Assembly: GCF_006345805.1 (NCBI RefSeq)
Contig: NC_043000.1
Coordinates: 121,334,001-121,398,000 of the forward strand
DNA from: Octopus sinensis
Taxonomy: Eukaryota
Direction: 5' to 3'
Length of the DNA: 64,000 nucleotides
Each line of letters opens with the position of its first letter. Within the stretch, counting starts at the first letter, position 1. Below are positions 55,253 to 64,000 of the stretch, one piece after another. Both the position numbers and the translations under genes were made by a program. The notes beneath the pieces are model-generated. The model was not told the origin of the DNA. It saw nothing but the letters and a program-made list of their open reading frames with translations, and did not search any database.

Positions 55253-56179
55253 AATTTGCTTCAACACACGAATTCTAAAACAACCTTGCAAGCAAGATAC
55301 AAGATGGAATATATATAATTTTATATATATATATATGTATACGTATTTTGACTATCAAAGTAGATCGTTAAATTCTTTGCTGAATTCTACCTGCAACATT
55401 AATAGAATAACATCAGTTATAACCATTCGGCTTTGATATTTTTCAAACATTTTTCATTTCTATAGCAGAATTAATTCCAGTTATCTCGATAATCATGTAC
55501 TTTAAATACAGCTATAATATAGTAACTTTGGAACACTATAGAGAAGATAAACGATGCTTGTGTGATGAGGTTTCGGACTTTAAGTGAATTGATTGTAATT
55601 GGAATGTTTTTCTCAAGTTCAGAACATAAAAGACTTGCTCTATTAAGGTATTTTGCCAGAATATTTCATCTATCTATCATTCGCGTGATTGCATATTATT
55701 CTCATAAATCAGAAATGATTTTTAGATTCACAGAGGTTCTAAGACAAATTATAGAATTGCTCAAGGAGTTTAACAATCGAAGTTTTGGCACAATCCTTAC
55801 CAATTATCTCACAGAAGACTAATTTCTTAATGTAATAGTGACATACTCGCACGCACAGAAGAATATAGATTCTTTATACAGCTATATATGTATGTTTGTA
55901 TGTGCGTGTGTGCGTGTGTGAGTGCGTGGGAGAATGTATGTGCGTATGTGAGTGTGTGAGTCCGTGGGGGCATGTATGTGTATGTGTGAGTGTAACTTTA
56001 CAATATCACACACGGTAAACAAAATTTGAGCTTTGCTGACTGAATGTTATCAACGGTACTGTCAGCATACAAATGGGATTTATTTTAAATGTTTTAACTG
56101 TGTCTCGCTTGTAACTACACTCATTCTTTCCAGCTCTGTCTCTCTCTTTCTCTCTCCTCTCTCTCTCTCTTCTCTCTCT

Positions 56180-56245
<66 letters not shown>

Positions 56246-57639
56246 AGTCTCTCTCCTTGCAAACACATGCGAGTCAAATCTATTTAAACATTATTTTACG
56301 CCAACATGCACATACTCATTGGAACAGTGACTGTGTGCGGGCTTATGTGTTTGGTGTGCGTATGTGTCTGTTTGGCTGAGTAAATGTTTGCATTCATTTG
56401 TGTGTATGTGTGATTGTCATATTCAAACATTTATATACGAGGAAGAAGAACCAGAGAAGATAACAAAAACGAGAGGGAGTGAGAATTAATCCTATTTACA
56501 TTCTGCCAGAACATTTGATAAGATTCATTCAACAACGCTCAAATCTTGTTTGTTGGTGGTATAACACCCTATAGTTTTGTAAATGTTATACGCAATCGTT
56601 TTTCTTAAAACTTATTCAAAGGAGAGGCTGTAAATATTCTCGTAAACATTGAAATGGAGACAGCTTGTCTGAAAGTGATTTTTGCTTAAATAAAAAGACA
56701 TTTCCAGCGACCGACATATCGAAACACACATAGATATGGTGATGTTCTAAAACGGCCAAAAAGTTAATGGTTTTTCATCTTCTAAGCGGTGAATAACATA
56801 AAAAAATGTAGCACATATATCTATGAATATTGGTCCTGAGAATTTCAGCGATAACACTATCTTCGTATTTTGATTTTTATGTTTTTTCATTTTCTGAAAA
56901 CAAGAATCTAAAATTCATATCATTCTTCAAACATACATATATTTTTCATCTTCTGCGTTTGTGATAAAATGAATCGATTGCCTAAGGTTCTCTAATCAGA
57001 TGTATTTGTCAATGAAAGAATAACCTTATTAACGACAGGTGATGGGGATGATGATTGGAAGAGTAATAGTCGGGTTAGGAATGTTTTGCTCTAAAGTGGA
57101 ATAGAAACTTGCTATTTATTCAGCACCTCTGAATAGTGGAATAACTTTTATATCTATAAGAGTGTTACTGTCCAGGATAGGGTCAGTAATGATTGTGCAA
57201 AAATATGATTAAAAGGATTGCGGGTTCTTCTTGGAAAGAGATTACTCTGCAATATGGCAGGGGATTGTTTTCTATTTCTTGCAGTTCAATCAGTCAATAA
57301 ACAGGCCCTTAATTTCCTTGGAAAACGACATACACCAATGAAAATCCGGCGGGGATATACTTTATGCGTTCGCTTTGCAGTCTGCGATTGTGATCACGCT
57401 GGGGCACTGCCATTCAGGAAGAAAGCAAAGATGCTTAAATGAAAAAAAGAGGAATAACAATAATAATTCTGTTTTGGATTTAACGCGAACAACTCGAAGA
57501 AATGAGTGTTAAATTTGAGGCAAGATTAATTCGAAAACTGAAGAGAATATTGAGATATAAACTATGAAGATGGAACGATACAGTGACCATACACATAGTA
57601 CTGTGTGGAAAAGCAAACATAAGCCTATACTGTATACAA

Positions 57640-58024
57640 GGCGGTGTGTTGGCAGAAACGTTAGCACGCCGGTCGAAATGCTTAGCGGTATTTCGTCTGC
57701 CGCTACGTTCTGAGTTCAAATTCCGCCGAGGTAGGCTTTGCCTTTCATCCTTTGGCGGTCGATTAAATAAGTACCAGTTACGCACTGGGGCCGATATAAT
57801 CGACTTAATCCGTTTTTCTGTCCTTGTTTGTCCTCTCTATGTTTAGCACCTTGTGGGTAGTAAAGCAATAGGTATTTCATCTGTCTTTACGTTCAGAGTT
57901 CAAATTCCGTCGATGTCGACTTTGCCTTTCATCGTTTCGTGGTCGATAAATCAAATTTAATCCCTTTGTCTGTCCTTGTTTGTCCCCTTTAAGTCTAGCC
58001 CCTTGTGTGCAATAAAGAAATAAG
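57640..58024 (+). mobile_element. SINE family A, full copy plus duplicated 3' part
   Basis: ggcggtgtgttggcagaaacgttagcacgccggtcgaaatgcttagcgg...gagttcaaattcc; body repeats again from 57872. Confidence 0.9.
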
Positions 58025-58717
58025 ATGACTATTCTGTACAATTTCAGTGCTCATGATATTAACTACACAAAAGTAATTGCATCCGGCACTCTGAAATGAG
58101 TATGAGTTCGTAACGTGCACCAAACTTCTGCCACTTAATTGAGGTGTCTGTGTAGCCAGAGCAGTTATAAGCCCTTTCTCGTTCCTCTGATATTTGAACC
58201 AACTATACATCAATGATATGACAGCTGATAACAAAAAGAAGCACCAATACTTGGCTGGTATTCATTTACGCTATTTGTCTGAAGCAAATGGAAGTTAAAT
58301 ACTTTGTTCAATGACATAGCTCACCGCAGACTTTTCGAAATGAACTCATCACTTTTTGATCTTCAGCCTAACATACTTAATCCCTTAGTCAAATGCCTTC
58401 ACTGTAACCACAAAATGCACGAACTGGAATGTGGAAGAACCCTATAACGAGCGGACAGAAGAACAGAATGTGGAATATAAGTGAGGTTTAGGATAGTAAC
58501 AAGATACCAGCATACTGCGTGGATCTTGTGATAAATATGAGTTAATAAAGAGTCAAATGAATTCCCTGTGACGGGTGGACACCCAAGTCAATGGGAAAAA
58601 AAACAAGCAGAGAATAATGAATTATAGAATGTGAAACAGTGGTGAGACGGAAAAATTCAGTGTAAGTCAAAAATGACAGACCGAATGCCAGGTGAAGATT
58701 ATACATTAATTATACAC

Positions 58718-58820
58718 TAAGTACCAGTTGCGCGCTGGGGTCGATATAATCGACTTAATCCGTTTGTCTATCCTTGTTTGTCTGTCTTTTGTTTAACCCC
58801 TTGTGGGCAGTAAAGAAATA
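58718..58820 (+). mobile_element. SINE family A, 3' fragment
   Basis: taagtaccagttgcgcgctggggtcgatataatcgacttaatccg; tatacactaa flanks both sides (possible TSD). Confidence 0.8.
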
Positions 58821-59004
58821 TATACACTAATTATGCAGACACAAACAATTTAAGGTAACAATTTTAAAGTGTCAGCGTAGGTTGTAATGTTCGAAATCGG
58901 ACTTTTGAAAATACAACTGGAAATATATTCATTTTTCTCTCTCACCAACATACTAATCTGGTCATTTTATATTTCTACGTTTATATTTTACCATACATAT
59001 TTTC

Positions 59005-59530
59005 CTTAGTTCAGTCAGTGGACTGCCACTATGCTGGGACACAATCTTGAAGAAATTCAACTGATTGAATCAACCTCACTGCTTACATTCTTCAACCTGG
59101 TACCCATTCTAGCGACCTCTTTTTTCAAACCACCACGTTAAGGGACGTAAACGAACAAATACCAGTTGCCAAGCGGAGAAGGGGGACATAAGAAAACGCA
59201 AACAAGCTCTTTCTTTCTCTCTTTCTCTCACACACAAACTCACATACACAGACACATACATACACAGACACACTCACGCATTCACCCTCGCACACACACA
59301 CACACACACATACATACACACAACCGCATTCACTATCGTACACATACACTTACATTCACACATATGCATATATGTACATGTCGTGTTTCTTACAGTTTCC
59401 GGCCATCAAAAGCACTTACAAGATAATTTTTACCAGAGGCTCGAATAGAAGACACTTGCCCAAGGTACTACGCAAGAGTATCGAACTCACCACCATGTTG
59501 TTGGAAAGAAAACTTACCATACAGCCACAC
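59005..59530 (-). mobile_element. Diverged SINE family B copy with expanded internal microsatellite
   Basis: aagggacgtaaac...agaagacacttgcccaagg...cttaccatacagccac. Confidence 0.7.
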
Positions 59531-60009
59531 CTAGAATTTACCCGTTCTCCACATAGTTACCTTAATTATCTTTAAGATGCATCGACTAAAGCACCGATCC
59601 TTAAGGATTTAAACATTTAAACATTATTTAATCTCCTTTGATTGAAATGTTTAAATTCTTATGGGTTTAATATGCAAATCTGATTTTGTGATACATGAAA
59701 TAGTTTTGATTTAGTGATTTTAAAACTTATTTCTCCGTGCGTCTAGGATTAAGATGTCAAATGTATCCTTATATCTAGGACGTCTGATGGAAAGAGGTAT
59801 AAATATTGCTTGTTTCAGATTGATCACACAGTGCTTGTAAATCTGGGCGGTAAGGTTACCTTGGAGATGTTGTGAGTTCACAAGCCGGCAAATATCAAGG
59901 AGGACACAGTAGGTCATGTAGCCGCGGTGTTTCTAAGGAATAAAATAATTAACAAGAGTACAATGTTTACAATTTAAATATCTTCTTTAAAAAATCGTCG
60001 GGATTAAAG

Positions 60010-60192
60010 TATTGGTTTCAAATTTTGGCACAAGTGCAACAAGTTCAGGAGATTGGAAAGTCGATTACATCAACCCCAGCGTTCAACTAGTACTTACTTT
60101 AACGACCCTGAAAGGATGAAATGCAATGGCGACCTCAACGGAATTTGAACTCAGAACGTAAAGACGAATGAAATACCGTTAGGCATTTTGCA
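60010..60192 (-). mobile_element. SINE family A copy
   Basis: gaaaggatgaaatgcaa...ggaatttgaactcagaacgtaaagac. Confidence 0.8.
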
Positions 60193-60288
60193 CATACTAC
60201 TTCATAACAATTGCAGTGTGGAAGATGTTTGTAAGCCATTTAAGAAACACACAAAAGCCGTTCGACTCACTTCAACATTTAAGTTTAA

Positions 60289-60338
60289 TTTGTCAAAATA
60301 TTTTCGTCGCTAAAATCCGCGACCTGTTCACTGACAAA
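60289..60338 (-). ncRNA. Type I hammerhead ribozyme, G3:C8 variant (left-arm copy)
   Basis: Exact reverse complement of 60360-60409. Confidence 0.7.
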
Positions 60339-60359
60339 AATCCGTGCTGCATCTGGATT

Positions 60360-60409
60360 TTTGTCAGTGAACAGGTCGCGGATTTTAGCGACGAAAATAT
60401 TTTGACAAA
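60360..60409 (+). ncRNA. Type I hammerhead ribozyme, G3:C8 variant (right-arm copy)
   Basis: TTTGTCA-GTGAACA(60367-73)-G-GTCGC-ggatttta-GCGAC-GAAA-ATAT-TT-TGACAAA. 7-bp stem I, 5-bp stem II, palindromic stem III, UUU triplet. Confidence 0.72.
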
Positions 60410-61719
60410 TTAAACTTAAACGTTGAAGTGAATCGAACGGCTTTTGTGTGTTTCTTAAATGGCTTACAAACACCTTCCACGCTGCAATTGTTTTCGTTCC
60501 AGCACACGATCTCAGATCAAATCACTTGCTATGCGAGTACATCTCCGTACTTCATAATAATTCGAACTTTATTATATAACTACACAAGATACTACTTTCA
60601 CAAAGACAACGTGCTAGTATGTTTTAAAATATTAATAGGTTATTGAGTTAAGAGAAAGAATATGAACAACGATGCGCCGAGGCCTTATTAATTTCCTTAT
60701 GTATTATATATGTCCGTCGTTACCTGATTTATTTGCTTGAAAACCAATCCAGTGGGCACTATCTGATAAGGGCCTTATGCTGGATGGGAGCGCGAACGAA
60801 TACATGGATAATAAGTAATAACACAAAATCCTTCTTCATTAAAATATTCTGTTTATGCTGTCAAAACGATGATGGAGTGTTTGTTAGTTGCTATTCTTCG
60901 ACAAGACACGCTGTGATACGAATAACATGCGTACCACTAAAGTAAATGATCCCAGCAAATTTCATAAGAATTCAAGATCTAATCAACATCGTTCCTCATG
61001 AATTGCAGTCAGACTGGATATTGTTCAAGACAATGAGCCTATTCAGAGAGACAAACTTTTAAGCCATATTACTCTTCAAGGCATTTCGGTAAACAATTCT
61101 CGAGGTATCGGCAAATATGGAATCATTTCAATATATTTCAGTTGTGAGCAAACAACAGTTTCGTATTCACGTTTCTTTACTGCAAATAGACTATAATTAA
61201 ATCTGTTTGACAGACCCTTTGCATGGCACACACACGCAAAACGCATGCGCAGACGCATTCTACACATATGATCGCATAGAGAAATTGGAAAACCTAATTA
61301 TTTTAAACATTAATTTCGTTGTTTCTGTTTTTTACTTGTTATGTTGCTTGTCATAATATTATTTCCTTTTATTTTGTTCTATATTAAATTCCTCCTTTTC
61401 ATGTCATCTCTAATCGAATTTCCCAATTGCAAAGTCTTTGTCTCTGAAGAATGAAGAAAATGGGAAAGAATTTAGTAAATACAAGAATAAATACAAAATC
61501 TTAGATGACAGTAAAATACAGAACACTGAAGGTGAAAAAAAAAAAAAAGAAATGGAGAGGAAAAATGAAAGACAGGAGAATAAGAAAGAAAAAAATTACT
61601 AATGATAAAAGGTAGAAAAAGTAAATGAAAGCATATGAATGGCGAAAGAAGTAGGAAATTATTGTTGAAAGTAGAATGAAGATTGAAGTAGAATATGACG
61701 TTAATGAAGAAGAACATAC

Positions 61720-61823
61720 GGAAGAAAAAGAAGAAGAAGAAGAAGAAGAAGAAGAAGAAGAAGAAGAAGAAGAAGAAGAAGAAGAAGAAGAAGAAGAAGA
61801 AGAAGAAGAAGAAGAAGAAGAAG
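61720..61823. repeat. (GAA)n microsatellite
   Basis: Directly visible. Confidence 0.95.
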
Positions 61824-61982
61824 ACGCAGAAGAAGGGGAAGAAGAACAACAACAAATCAAAATATCAGAAAAAGAAAACCACTAAACGTATGTACAAAAT
61901 ATTAAAATATTTAAAACGACGTAGACAAGAATAAAAGACAAAATATTCAAGAAGAAAAAGTAGTATTAGTGATATCAATAAT

Positions 61983-62035
61983 AGTAGTAGTAGCAGTTGC
62001 AGCAGCAGAATCAGCAGCAGCAGAAGCAGCAGCAG

Positions 62036-62102
<67 letters not shown>
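61983..62102. repeat. (CAG)-like and (TAG)n microsatellite
   Basis: Directly visible. Confidence 0.9.
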
Positions 62103-62741
62103 TGGAAGAGAAGGAAAAGGAAAGAAGAAAACTAAAGAGATATTTGATACAATAATATTGATAAGATGTGAAAAAGAAGAGGAAAAATAGAACACAGGAA
62201 AACACGGGATAGGAAGAAAAAAAAACATGGGGAAAGTAGAGGATAGAGGGGAAAAAGTGTGAAAAGAGAAAATTTATGAAAAAAAAAAGTCGAATAAACG
62301 ATGAAAGGAAGATCGAAAACTAGCAGAAGAAAAAAAAAAGCAACGCAACAAAAACAACAGCAGTGACAGAATTAAAATATACTTAAATTTCCTCTTAAGC
62401 CTATTTTTATAAAAATTACGTCAGTGAGGTTAATTATGCAGATAAGCCAAATGCACGAAGAACAGCAGTTACGCTAGTGATAGGATATTTGAAGGAGTGA
62501 GCAACAACTATCAAATTAGAATTAATTATGAGAAATTATGTTTTGAAAATGCAACAGTTGATGAGTAATATTACTCCAGTCAGTGTGAGGTGTACGAAAG
62601 AGAACTGCAGGTCCATTTAGATCTTATTAGATCTTCTTGGCCAAACATTAATTTCAACATACTTAGCGATATAGTGGCGAGAAAATGATTACGAAAATGT
62701 ATGAACGATACTCTCTGATATTAGGGACAAGCAGCACATCC

Positions 62742-63090
62742 TCTTTACTCTTTTACTTGGTTTAGTCATTTGACTGCGGCCATGCTGGATCACCTCCTTT
62801 AGTCGAGCAAATCGACACCAGGACTTTTTTGCCGATTCTCTAAGTTACGGGGACGTAAACATAACAGCATCGGTTGTCAAGCGATGTTGGGGTGGGGACA
62901 AACACAGGGAAACAAAAAAAAATACATATATACATATACATATATACGACGGGCTTCTTTCAGTTTCCATCTACCAAATCCACTCACAAGGCTTTGGTCG
63001 ACCCGAGGCTATAATGGAAGACACTTGCCCAAGATGCCACGCTGTGCGACTAAACCCGAAACCCTGTGGTTGGTAAGCCACTCCTGCGCC
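62742..63090 (-). mobile_element. SINE family B copy
   Basis: Colinear with 44005-44401; ends ccactcctgcgcc. Confidence 0.9.
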
Positions 63091-63160
63091 TAAAAAAGGA
63101 ATTAATTAGAGAGACAAATTATTCATATATATACACATATGTGTGTATGTAGGTGTGCGT

Positions 63161-63215
<55 letters not shown>

Positions 63216-63663
63216 CCTTGTATACCTAACGTGCCTGTGTTTCTGAATATATGGGCATAATATGTGTGTTTGTATGTGTATGTATATTTGTGTGAATATA
63301 TGTGTTGTATATGGGAGTACATGTGTAAGTGCATGTGCATGTTGTGTGTATGTATATGAGGCACATACACGTGCAAAAACATACATCAACATTGTTAGAA
63401 ATAAAAGTCTTAGACTCTGTTGTCACAGAAAGTACATGTTCTATATTTGAACTGACAGGGGGAGACAACCGCCTCACCGAAATGAGGAGTAGACAGACAG
63501 TCGACAACTGATGAAGGGTTATTCTATGCGTTACTTGTCCTGTTTTCCATTTTTTCTCTCTTTGTTTACGAGTTTAACACATTTGTTTTCTTACTTCATG
63601 TTGTTTGCACAGTTGGTGACGTACTGTACCCATATATGCATTCATACATACATGCATTCATAC

Positions 63664-63694
<31 letters not shown>

Positions 63695-63749
63695 CACATA
63701 TATATATATATACATGCATATATATTATTTATATTATGATATATATTTG

Positions 63750-64000
<251 letters not shown>

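Larger units (their letters stand above)
60206..60492. mobile_element. 287-bp palindrome (138-bp arms, 11-nt loop), probable inverted Penelope-like pLTR pair
   Basis: Arms 60206-60343 and 60355-60492 are reverse complements with four transitions by my count. Confidence 0.85.

Noticed and set aside
61676-61885. Poly-Glu ORF
   Set aside because: It is the (GAA)n tract, open in several frames on both strands.
62410-62450. TTACGTCA and TAATTATGCA transcription-factor-like motifs
   Set aside because: Short motifs expected by chance in AT-rich DNA; no gene context.
62480-62740. Possible mariner relic
   Set aside because: Only vague similarity, with no diagnostic motif or TIR.
63445-63520. CTGACAG-stem-GAAA and a downstream CTGATGA
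   Set aside because: The first has a non-canonical core and no stem III; the second has no GAAA.

Overview
AT-rich, microsatellite-dense, non-coding animal DNA. Its SINE families resemble those of cephalopods, so the source is probably Octopus (inference). I see no host protein-coding exon, and nearly all track ORFs are translations of (TA)n, (CA)n or triplet repeats. Mobile content: several tRNA-derived SINE families; a near-full-length but broken mariner (29637-30894); other Tc1/mariner remnants and a MITE; a CR1-like LINE 3' end; Helitron remnants; a probable RTE 5' UTR. The main signal, invisible in the ORF track, is about a dozen minimal type I hammerhead-ribozyme (HHR) motifs with palindromic stem III. 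They belong to several unrelated short repeat families and mostly sit in or next to (TA)n tracts. Two long palindromes (16605-17248, 60206-60492) each carry an outward-facing HHR on both strands. All three of C3:G8, G3:C8 and U3:A8 core pairings occur, plus a U4C family. This fits non-autonomous Penelope-like pLTR or retrozyme-like elements. Folds were made by eye, activity is untested, and repeat boundaries are approximate.
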